Source of the DNA: Amphiscolops sp. MND2022
Lineage: Eukaryota
Reading direction: 5' to 3'
Length of the DNA stretch: 64,000 bases
Assembly: GCA_964187785.1 (NCBI GenBank)
Contig: OZ076409.1
Coordinates: 47,308,001-47,372,000, forward strand
Below the pieces are notes generated by a model that saw only the letters and a list, made by a program, of their open reading frames with translations, had not been told where the DNA came from and did not search any database. Shown piece after piece: positions 1-12,500 of the stretch (its first letter is position 1; each line of letters begins with the position of its first letter). A program made the translations under genes and the position numbers.

Positions 1-438
1 GCATTTCCCCTACTACTTAATGCGAATGACACCTTTACACGTTAAAGCTTAGTTCAAACCTCTAATAATTACAAGATAATCTCGATGCTACTATTGTCAA
101 CGAAGATAGATTTTTTTAAAAGCTTGAAGGAGCTCTCAATTTTAAAAACTGTTTCGCATTAACAGAATTTTTTGAAAATGTTGATTTTGTTCCATTGCAA
201 GTGAACTTCGCCTATTTAATTTCATGCAAGAAACGATTAGATAAACAAACATGCGTGAATTTTTGACCTCCAGAAATTTTTATAAAAGAGCCTGCCTATT
301 TTAGTTAGAGATTAATAAGATAGAATTTTCAATACTTTATAATGTTTAGGTAATTATTTTTAAAAATAAAATTCAAACTTACATTGACACGAATATTTTT
401 ATAAGAAAATACAAGCTGAGTTTGATTTCATTGTTCAG

Positions 439-512
439 ATGATTACACCGAAACGAAACTCTCCGGACAAGTTTATCAAGCCGACAAGAACTTGAAAAAA
501 CTAAATGGACAG
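439..512 (+). CDS. SGPL1: SGPL1 exon ([24 protein letters not shown])
   Basis: ttgttcAG acceptor and GT donor. Matches the SGxVY motif preceding NPLH and ends in phase 0, as the next exon requires. Confidence 0.85.
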
Positions 513-3500
513 GTTAACACTTTCTCATTGCTCTTCATTTGGTGATACTATTCTAATGGTAATCCAACCATCATGTTGAGACCTATTTGAACTAATAACA
601 AGCCCAAGTCGGCGCCCCGCTCAAAGTTCAAAAAGGAACAAAGTGTTTAAAATATTTGGGGACCAACTATTGAAACTTTTTAATTATTACACAGTGCTAA
701 AAATACCCAAAGGATTACCTCGAAACTAGCTTTTTCTGATCTGAAAACAATAGAAAAACGTATACATAACAAAACATATGCCCGAAAAACTCAGAAGGAG
801 ACAACTTTTTTGAAATCTGCAAAGGGATTCTATTGTCAAAATTCAATCACATTTACTGAGCCAAAAAAACCCAAAGGAACACCCATAAGACTCAAAAACT
901 GTTTTTTAGCCGGCGCTTTTCGTATAAAACGCAAACTATAGCTCTGGCTTTTTTAAAGATCAACGAGATGACAGGTTTTATGAGCTTTATAAGATTTTTG
1001 ATCGGATATAAAGTTTTCAAAGTTCGCATATAGCGTTTTCAAAGTTCGCATATAGCGTTTTCAAAGTTCGGATGTAACGTTTTCAAAGATCGGATATAAC
1101 GATTTCAAAGTTTGGATATAACGTTTTCACAGTTCGGATATAACGTTTTGAAGTTCGGATATAACGTTTTAAAAGTTCGGATACAGCATTTTCAAAGCTC
1201 GGATGTAACGTTTTCAAAGTTCGGATATAAAGTTTTCAATGTTTTGGTATAGCGTTTTCAGAGTTCAGATGTAATTTCGGCTTTGTGAAATTTTTTCGAT
1301 TTTTTTTCGATACACCTGAAGTGACCAAAATAGTTCTACCAAAGTTCCACGGAATTTTAAATTGTACCCGTTTGCCCAGGGAACTGAACCAAAGAAGTTT
1401 TCTTTTTTTCCTGCGTAACATACAATACCGGGCGAGACTAAAGGGTTCCCCTTCCAGTTTTTTCGGCATAGTGCGACTTTTTTTCGACAAAAAAAATTCC
1501 TCGAAGAACCCCTTCAATTTTTTTGGATTTTTGCGGCAGAAAGGATGTGAGAGAGAGCTAACTTAACGTCTCTGTCTAGAAAAGACAAATTGTTGTCTAA
1601 ACTTTATTATATATTTGTAAACAAGAATCGAACTGAAGCATAATCAAAAATAGATCATTTGCCACATGGTCTTAGTACAGCTCAGCAGTACATTCTTGTC
1701 ATCAATTACCATTCATCAGTATTTACCAGAATAGCTAAAAGTGTCCTCCAACATGGCGCTGCGAGAAACAACAGAAGCAGGCGGGAAGCCAGGAGCAGGC
1801 GGAGCATCAGCTTTAGCAGGACTGCCAGCATATTGGGATATGCCAGAATACCCTCCTAAAAAAGAATGGGGAAAATGGTGGAATTTGTTCCTGATGGCAG
1901 TAAATGCAAAATATTCCATTTAGGTTACAGAACTAACAAGAGTCCCGACACAACAACGACCACGCCAAGCAGCATTGATAAACAACCTCAACGAGGAAGC
2001 AGCGGAGAGAAAAACAGTCAGTACACTATTCCTCTCAATAGGAGCAGCAGGACAGAGAAACCCAACTGATAAATTTCCCTACATGGACGTAGCAACAGTA
2101 CCGACAAGAGAAGTCAAAGAGAACTGTGAAAATTGTTTCATTAAACCGAGAAACCGAACTCTGGATAGATATAAACTCTTTGCCAGAAAACAGCAACAAA
2201 ATGAGACACTCAGACAATTCTGGAATGTCCTAACCGGGCTAGCAGCAAGATGCGAATTTGGAGAACAGACAAATAGTCTAATCAAAGATGCGTTCATACA
2301 AAACATGAACAATAAGACAGTACAACAACGATTGTGTACAAAGCCCAAAGAAGAACCAGAAGAAGCGTTCAAATTTGCTGTAGCATTCGAAGAAGGAATC
2401 AGTCAACAGAAAAGCTTCAGTGGTGGAAACGAAACGAAAGCAGAACCAGTATACCAAATCAATGAACGAGTGAAAAACCCATGTACAAGGTGCGGAGCCG
2501 AATTTACGACAAATCATCTACAGAGATGCAAAGCAATAAAGGAACAATGCCGCAGTTGTGGCGGAAATGGTCACTTCGCACGAATGTGAAGAACAGTGAA
2601 ACCGACCAATCAGAGAGGAAATGGCATTTTCAGAGGAAACAACAACACCGCGCAGAGAACGGAATGAGCAGAATCAACCTAATTGATCAAGCAAACAACC
2701 AATCAGAAGACAGCACAGAAGACGATGCTGAGAAATGCAAGTAGAGGGAAACGGAAGACCACCATTTGTATTAAAAGGGAAGTTCAATAATGTGACATTT
2801 ACCACAAGGATCGTCTCAGGTGTCCCAATAACAAAATATACACAAAGTGATTTGAGAACAATAATGAAGAAAAACGTGTTATTTGCAAGACCACTCCCAA
2901 TGGAAGAAGAATATGTAGACTACAACGGACGACCACTCAACCTACTAGGGTTCACAACTATAGACGTGAAGGTAGGAAAGAAAGAGACCAAGAAGGCAAG
3001 AGTAGTGATAACATGGGACGGAAAGAAATCACTGATTGGAAAGGACTGGTTAACAAGTCTAAACTTCAGAGTACCTGACACAAACAACATGAGTGAGTAT
3101 AACAACAGTATAAATAATATAAATAGTAACAACAAGAAAATAGAAAACATAGAAATATCGAAGAACTAAAAAGAATGAAACAAAAGTTTCCAAAAACTTT
3201 TAGCAGACAAGGGAAAATCGTGGGACACACGATCCAAATAGAATTCAAGGAAGGAGCCAAAGCAACACAGCAGAAAGAAAGAAGCGTACCATTACAACTC
3301 CAAAAAGCAGTAGATGAAGAAATAAAGAATCTAATAAATGCGGGACAAAATGAACCAGTAGACAAAATATCAGACGAAATGTTTATACAATCGGTGGTAA
3401 TAACAGTCGAAAAGGATCGAAGCGTCAAAAACGCATTGGATGGCAGATCACTCAACAATGCCATTATGAACGAAAAATAACAAAAAGCCAAGTCTGGAAA

Positions 3501-6500
3501 GCCTTATGGAAAAGATAGCAGAAATCGTAAATGGCAAAGAAGAAGGAGAAGTACGATTCACATCACTGGAAATGCTATATGCATACGGACAAACAACACT
3601 ACATCCGGAAACAGCAAAACGCTCCAACTTCCAAATAATTGGTGGCGAGACCATAGGCACATACGCGTTCAAAACAGGATTATATGGCCTGACAATAATG
3701 CCGCCGGAATTTCAGAAGATTATGGACAAAGTATTACATTAAAAGACAAAAACTTTTGCCTTCATAGATGATATCCTAATTCTAACAAAAGGCAGCAAAG
3801 AGAATCATTTGCAAAAAAGTAGAAGACACAATCAAAGCCCTGGACAATGCAGGAATATGATTAAAACTGGAGAAATGCAACATCGCAAAAACAGAAAAAG
3901 AATGGCTGGGGCTCAAACTATCCGGAGAAGGAATCAAACCCATTGACGAAAAGGTACAAGCAATAACAAAAAAACTGAGACCACAAAATCTGAAGGACTT
4001 GAGATCCTTCATGGGAGCAATCAATCAAATGAACAAATTCATACCCAACCTAGCGAACTTATGCGCACCACTGAGACCACTTTTAAAACACGATGGAGAA
4101 TGGGTATGGAAAAGACAGCATGAACAAGCATTTGGAGAAAAAAAAAGCCATAAAGAAAATGAATGGACTGAAGCATTTTAAACGAAACCTACCAATGAGA
4201 ATATTTTGCGATGCCAGCAAGGAAGGCTTGGGAGCCATTCTACAGCAACAAACAAAAAAAGGATGGGAAACAAGACACTTCGCATCCAGATTTTTGACAA
4301 CGTTTGAACAAAAATATTCAATAAATGAATTAGAACTATTAGCAGTAGTGAGGTCAATCGAAAATTTTAGAAGTTAAGTATATGGAACAGAATTTGAAGT
4401 AATCTCAGACCACAAAGCATTAATGACAGTACTAAGTATAATAGAGCAAATAAAACTTTAAAAATCTAGACTTACCCGTTGGGTAGATAGGTTATTACCA
4501 TTTCAATTCAAAGTAGTACATGCAGCTGGTAGAACAATGGGAATGGCAGACTACCTATCACGCCACCCATCGCCGAACAACAATAACGAACATAAAATTA
4601 AAGCAGAAGAATTATGGAACAACTGGTTCACTGGTAACGAAATAACTAAATGCAAACTTGTTTCAGAAAAGCCATCACAGCAGGACACCACACAACAGCC
4701 AATCAAATCGAAGCTGGCAAGTGAGAACGAAATGCAAGAAAGCGTAAAAGAATCAAATGAAGCGGAAAGCACAAATGTAAATAAACGAACACTCAAAGAA
4801 GTAGTGGCAACAATTAGACCGGCAGTATCAAGTGACAGCGTGCAAGAAACAAACGACAACGACAAAATGAGCGAACACATAATTGAATTTGCAAATCAAC
4901 CACCACTAAAAGCACCAATATGCTATTCTATCAATCAAATAGAAGTCATACAAATTCTGGGAAATCACACATTTGCCTCGCAATACGAAGCTGATGAATT
5001 CCTACCAAAAAAACATAAAATTGATAAAAAAGCCAGATACTACCAAAATCAGCTGCTTACCAACCCCATGGAGAGAAAGTTTCAAAAATTTGAGCCTGGA
5101 TAACAACGACTTCTTATATATGGATGAGCGTCTAGTCATCCCGAAAAACCTTCGCACAATTATTATCCGCTTTCTTCATTACGGTCACACAGGGAGAGAC
5201 AGCATGATGGCAACTGTTTCAAGTGTCTGGGGTCAAGCTACACAGGGAAGTCGTATCCCTCGCACGAACATGCAAACAATGCCAACAACCGGAAAGAATA
5301 TCAAACCTTTACTTAGACAAAATCAAGTATGAAAATTACCAAAATGCACTGAAGTTAACCAAGAAATAGCAATAGATTTTGTAGGACCATTTCAAAATGC
5401 AAGAAAAGCCAAAAAGTACTTATTAGTATCAAAAGACCATTTCTCAGAATGGCCAGAAGCAAAATTTTTACCAAAACCAACAACTGAAAAAGTAATAGAA
5501 TTCTTAAAAAGTTACAAAGCAAAACATGGAATTCCAAAAACAATACGAACCGATCCCGCAACAAAACTTAGAACTAAACGGTTCAAAAAATTCTGCAATA
5601 AACGACCATTTCAACATATAGAATGTCCAATAAGAGATCACAGAGGTAACGGAAAGATTGAAAGACTAATCAGGACATTCAACGAAAGGTTGAGAACAAA
5701 CAAGAAAATAATAGTGAGCAATGAGAATTCAGGCATATCAGAGATATTATTCGCTCTGCGGATGTATCCATCAGCCAATGGGAAATCGGCATACGAGAAA
5801 AACACAGGCCGAGAACCAAATACTATAAAGAAACTGATAACAGAACCCTTTCGGTGTATTTCAGAACCCTCAACAGTGAAGCTCTCAGACACGGATTTAT
5901 TTCGAATCTGGACAGGACTCAACAATCCTGGTAAGGGAGAGGACACGGGGCACAAAACTGGAAGGTGCATTCAAGAAAAGAAAAGGAACACTACTGAAGC
6001 AAACAAACCACACCATAACGTTCCTCCCAGCAGGCAGCAACAAAAGTACAATAATCTCCAAAAGAGATGTGGGAAAACTTTTGAAGAAAACAACAAACCA
6101 TGCTGTTCACGCTAAGCAACACGACTAGAAGAAAACCGAAAATACAGTTACCAAACACTACCTGGCGAATTTAACAACGACGACAATCAAGCCAGCGAAC
6201 AAAACAAACAAGACAGCGACGATAGTACAAGTTTGGAAAAGTGGCAAAAGAACAAATAATGCCAAATTTGACAAAAGGACCAGAGATCCCCACCATGCCA
6301 GAACAAACGAAGAAACCAGAACTCGTCATGAAAGCACTAAGGAAAAAGGTGAAAAAGATGAAGAAAAACAAAAAAGCCAAACAACAATTAGAAGTCGAGG
6401 AAATATATCCAGAAACAGATGAAGAAGTTGAGACTAACTGGACAAAAGAAGAAAAGATAAAGAAGAATGCGAAGAACCAAACGAAACGGACTTGTCAAGA

Positions 6501-9500
6501 AATACGGATTTACCAAGAAGAGGAGGACGCAGTCGTCAACGAACAGACCTTTACGGTCAAAACGTAAGGGTCACCCGAATCAGCAAAACAACGGGGGAAG
6601 AAGAAAGTGACCCAGAACACTGAAAACTCAAATGAAACAAAACTTTAACTAGTACCAACTAGCCTTATCTACATTCATTAAACTCAAGTTCATTTTGCTA
6701 CCTTGTTGCTATATTTATACAATAACGCAACAAAATTTTGTTTTGTCATACGTTAACCTAGTTAAGGCAACCCTTCTGTTAAAGTAAAAAAACCCACATC
6801 CAACCATGCAGTTTATTATTATTCAAGGGGATGTGAGAGAGAGCTAAGTTAACCTCTCTGTCTAGAAAAGACTAATTGTTGTCTACACTTTATTATATAT
6901 TTGTAAACAAGAATCGAACTAAAGCATATTCAAAAATAGATTGTTTGCCACATGGTCTTAGTACAGTTCAGCAATACATTCTTGTCATCAATTACCATTC
7001 ATCAGTATTTACCAGAATAGCTAGTAGTGTCCTCCAACAAAGGATTTTGAAAAATACCAAAGCGTCCCCCTGGCGCGACATTCCGGTCCAACTTTTGGGA
7101 TTTTGGGATGCTGTAGAAGAGAATACTTTGACACTTTGAAGTCATTTAGCTATTTTTGAGCCTTAGATATGGTGCCGACTTGGGCAGTTTCCGGCTTGTT
7201 TTTCTAACTGGAACACGTATTAAGAAAACTCTCATAAGTCCCACAGGACCAAAAAATAACCGAAGATGTCACCCTTAAGGCTTCGAAAACGAATTTCTTT
7301 AATGGACAACCTAAACAAAAACGAAAATCAAGTGGGAAACATTTTAGAATCTTTTTTTGCTTTCAATTATTTTCTCTTCGATAAGTCGCATACTGCCAAA
7401 AAATCTAAAGAGCCTTCAATGCTCGCAAAACGCCGTTTCTGCTAAAAATTGAAGGAAGGCAACTCGTTTGTTTAAAAAAATCTAGAAAACTGGCCTTGTT
7501 CCAAAAAAATTCTTTGGTCTTTCCTCTAACTTTGCATTAAAAAAACTTCGAAAAAAAACTCACGGTGCCGAAAAACGCAAAAGAGGAGACCCTTTGGTCT
7601 TTTTTATCATCCAGTTGGTTGCAGAAACTTGAAACAATCAAATACCCTTTAGCGACATCAAAAAATTTTGGAATAAAAGTCTTAAAATTCCGAAAAAAAC
7701 AGGAAAACAAACCTTCTGAGTTATCTAGTAACGGCAAAAGCTCTAAATACTATGGTAGCCAAAATTCAATTGCTTTCTATTAAGTTGCTATGCAAGTTCT
7801 ATGCAAGTTGCTTTCTATTAAATTTGGAAGGCATGCAGAAATTCTGTAAAAAGTGGACCTTCCAGTGTGAGGTCTGTGGTCTGCAGAAAAATAGTCTAGT
7901 CATTGTAATATTTTAGTGTAGTATTGTATTTTTTGCTTCACAAAGAGGCCCCGACTAGAAAACTTCTGACATGTTGATTGGGTCACTAATATAAAACGAC
8001 TATACTTCGAGAAAGGCGAGCTACTCACGTGTATAAGCATAGATAAACCACAAAAAATTCGATACAGCTACCCTCTAAGCACATGAACATCTAAGGTTAA
8101 GCCACCTTTTGAAAATTTCACGCGTTTTCTTCATAGGTTTTCGAATTGCATGGATACACGAACCCTTTGCACGCAGATGTGTTTCAAGACATCCGTAAAA
8201 TCGAAGCAGAAACAGCCAAGATGGCCGCCAACTTGTTTCATGGTGGATCCGACAGCAGTGGACTTGTTAGTATCCCTAGAAGGTATGCGGATAACTCATC
8301 GAAAACAACTCGCCGAATGCAACTCGTCGAAAATAAACGGCGAAAAACTGGTCGAAAAACAAACTCGTCGAAATATAACTGAATGCTACCTGGTCGAATA
8401 ATCAGAGATTACATCAGTGCCAGTTATGGATTAATTTTTGCTAATTGATGCATGAAATTTTCAGATTCTAGCATATAAAAGCTTTTCTAGTTATAAAATT
8501 GCTTCAAACATTTCACTTTTATAGTTAAAATCAAAAAAGCAATCACAAAACGTAACAAACTGTTCCCGACTTGGGTTGAAAAGCTATTAAAAAGTAATCT
8601 TGATGATTATATTTCGTTTAGAAACAAAGTTTGTTCCATGATTCGTGAAGCTAAGAAACAAGATAACTTCAGAAAACTTGGCATAAATCCCACTGCACGA
8701 GCAAAATATAGGTCTTCAAAAACTCAGAAAAACAATGATCAGCAACCTAATGAACTTTCTGATTTAGAAAAATTGAATGAATTTTTTGAAACTATTGGGT
8801 CAACATTGTCATCTAGGCTGCCACACACAGCGTATCTTTCGGGCTCCTTTAATTGTGAAAAGCTTTGTTTAAAGAACCCACTCGGGAGTTTGAAGTTGCA
8901 AGTCTCATCAAAACATTGAAGAACAAGAAAAAGTGTGGTTTGGATGGAATCAGTATTGAAATTTTGAAATGCTGCTCACCGTTTATTGATTGTCATCTCG
9001 CACGTGCATAGATGACAGTGTTTTCCAAAAACATTTTCGAAATTCCTCAAGTTGTACCATTGTTTAATAAAGGGAAGAAAAAAGATCTTGCAAATTATCG
9101 TACAATTAGCCTGCTAAGATTTTTGAGTAAAGTGTTTGAGAAAGTCTTACAAAATCGAATGTAACAATTTACTGAGAAAACCAACTTTATTTGTCCCATG
9201 CAATATGAATTCGGAAACAACATGTCTTGTGTTGATGCTATCGGTGCAATAACAGAATTCATTCGTTCTGAAATTGATAAGAAAACACAAGGCCAAGCTT
9301 GCTTTATTGATTTGCAAGAAGCTTTTGATACGTTGGAAAATGATATTTTATGGAAAAAGTTATTAGATTATTGCTTTAGTGGGAACAGTTTTGAAACTTT
9401 GAGAGAATATATTTCAGATCGTAGGCAGTACATCAGTCATAACAGTGTTTGCACGGAAAGGCTCGAAATTGTGTCTGGTGTTCCAAAGGCTCCGTCTTGG

Positions 9501-12500
9501 GTCCATTTCTGCTTCTTTTGTACATTAATGACATTCATTTGTGTAAAGGAAGTTGTACCGTGCCCATGTTTGCAGATGATACAACAATTTTAAGTTCGAA
9601 ACGCAAAGGATTTTGTTCAATTCAATCAGATATGGACAATTTATCGCAGTGGTTTTCTCAAAATAGTCTTAGGATAAGCAGTTAAATGCGAAGCAGTTGC
9701 ATCTGGACGCGGTCATTCCAGTGAAATTTTGATATTAGACAAAAACGTGCCATATTCGAACGCGTGGAAGTGTTTAGGTGTTTATGTGGAAAAAATGTTT
9801 CGCGTCGAAGAACATATTGATTACGTCGTGGAAAAACTCAATAAATTCTGTTGCCTAATATATCGCGTACATCATAGGTATACACAAAAGTGTCTACTGA
9901 TGTTTTATGACTCCTTTGCAAAGTCCTGAAATTGCAAATATTACGGTTCTGCTGCCAAAAGAATTGTGTCGAAAATTGAAAAAGCGCAACGAACAATTTG
10001 ACGAGCTATTTTTTTTCAAGAAGAAATTTGATTCCCTACATGATCTTCTTAGAACGAACAAAATTCTGACAGTTTTTGAACTTTTCATTTTCGAGAACAT
10101 CGTAGGCTTTTTGCAGCTTACGTCAAAAGCCCCAAAATCTTTCATAATTCTAGACGCCAATGACGTGGGAACATATACTACTCAATGGAATATGAAAAAA
10201 TTGTTGCCGGCGCAACACAGTCGGACTGTTCTTAAGAGGTGCTCCTTTGAAATTTTTCTTCGCTCAACTTAAAAATATTTAGTGGAAGCAGAATTGATTC
10301 CAATAGAGTCGAGGAAACTATCAACCTATCAAGTTAAAAAACTCATCAGAAATATATCCACACTAACTATGTAGTCGACAACAAGCATCTCTTTGCATAA
10401 TAATATAAAAAGGAATTATGTTGACAATGACGTTTTTCGGTAGTAGTGCTTAACGTAAGCAAAGTTCATGAGGGCAGTATTAGTTGTAAAACATCATTTC
10501 AAAAAAATTCTGAACTTGGTTCTGCAGAACACGAACTTTGACGAGCCAATAGGTTCCTGTCCAGATTGGTTTCTTTCATTTCAAGTCATATGTAGTTTTG
10601 TGTAGTAATCCCAATCAAATAAACTTTCTGTCTATAGTTAACAATGTAATACTTCGTAAGTTGGAACCTAATAACACAGTATGATCACAAAGTTAGCGCT
10701 ATATTTGTCTGAGAATATTTTCTGTTCTTGCGACGAGTTTTCCGCCGGCGAAATTTCGGCGAGTTGCTTTTCGACGAGTTTTCCGCCTAGTATTTTCGAC
10801 CAGTTGTTTTCGGTGAGTTGTTTTCGACGACTTGTTTTTGACAAGTTTTCCTGGATTCTCCCTAGAAAACTTGATAAAGCAACGCGAATATTGAAGTTCT
10901 TTGGTCAATCAGTAATTTCTCTATCCTTCTTCTTCTGGGTCCAAATTTTTTACGACAGAGTGCAAGTGAAAATTTCATATTTTTCTACACTTTGCTTTAT
11001 TCAACGTAATAGGAAAACTTTACAAACATTTGTTCTCAGTCTAGTTGGATTTTTAATGAAAATCTAGACATAAGAGAACAAAGAATCGAATTATTTATCA
11101 AGACAAAGACAGTTTGGTCCACCCCATCCCGTCAGTCCAATCGAAAACTACTGAAAGTTCTGTTTTGACTTGGTTTCAGGAGAAAAAGGTAGATTAGGCT
11201 AAAATCTTTGTCAACTTTAACTGTGACGCAACTAAAATGTGACCCGTGAAAATTTCATGCCCGAACGACGAGTTCGACTTTTTCACCTCTTGAATTTCTT
11301 GTCAAGAAATTCAAGATTCTTTTACGGTCCAATAATTTAAGATCTTTGCAGGAATTTGCAGGAAAATCCAAGTTCTGGGCGAGAGTTTCAAGATATTTTT
11401 ATTGGGTAGTAACGTCACAACTATAAGATGTGTTATGAACAAATTTTGTTTATAAATCAATCAATCCCGTATGGTATGTTTTCACCACCGTGTGTTTCGT
11501 GATCCGTTTGCTGAGTAACCAGGTTTTAAACAAACCGGTAACGATATAAGTCGGCGCTTTGCTCAACGCTCAAGCAGTACGAACTGTTTTCAAAATGCTC
11601 AGAGGCGCTTTTCAACAAGTGAATCCTCAGATTCAAAACGACTTTTGACAAACTGAAAGGCCGACCGATTGCTGGAAAATGTTGGAGAAAAGTTGCTCAG
11701 TGCCGAAAAAAACTTTAAAGAAATCCCTTTGCTGTATTACAGTTTTGCCATCAGAGTGAAAATGTAAAACATTTTCAATCTTAATGGGAATCGATATCGG
11801 TTCTCTTCCTTGGGATGCCAATGCTCTAACCACTAGGCCAGCCGTCATACCCAGTTTGACCAAACATACTCACCATACTATTATCATAGTATGATCATAC
11901 TATGATCCTGGTCATTTCATGATCATGATCTTGCCAAGATCTTACCATGGCGACCATGTTTCATAGTATGATCATACTATGACCATCATGTTTCATATGA
12001 ACATAGTATGAAAACCATGTTTCAAAAAAAAGTAGTAAGAATGTCGGACATGGCAGCTACCTGTGCACATAGTTCACAATATCTACTTTTTGGGTTGAAA
12101 TATTACCAAGAAGACCCCCAAAAACCAAAATCCTCCTATCACAGCGGCTTCAGGAAACGAGGTGCCGAAAAGCGTCTTTAATGCTACCCGAGTCATTAAG
12201 GTAACCCATATAACAGAACAGAAACAACGGGTTCAAAGATAACATTGACAAAATGATTCATGGATGCGCGCCGATTTCCAATAATAACCGCTAGGCGCTA
12301 GGTGATAATCGAATTTTTCGAAAATTTCGAACACGTTCAATCATACTATGATCATAGTCACCGACATGCTATTCATAATATGACCATACTATGATCATAG
12401 TATGACAATCATTTTCCATCATGACTATACTATTACATGGTATGATTCATCATTTCCGATTATGTTGGTCAACCTGGGTATAGTCCCCTTTATGATTTTT

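Larger units (their letters stand above)
597..7200. mobile_element. Non-autonomous DINE-1/Helentron-like (or other TIR) repeat hosting a Gypsy insertion
   Basis: Begins AACAAGCC and ends GGCTTGTT. Subterminal inverted repeat GCCCAAGTCGGCGCC (602-616) pairs with GGTGCCGACTTGGGC (7171-7185). Contains an internal tandem array. Confidence 0.45.

Noticed and set aside
1000..1275. CRISPR-like array
   Set aside because: Contiguous 22-bp units with no unique spacers, in a eukaryotic intron; it is a minisatellite.
11785..11845. Functional tRNA gene
   Set aside because: Degenerate B box and no proper stems; SINE-like remnant. A similar weak B-box-like trace near 19115-19135 was also not called.
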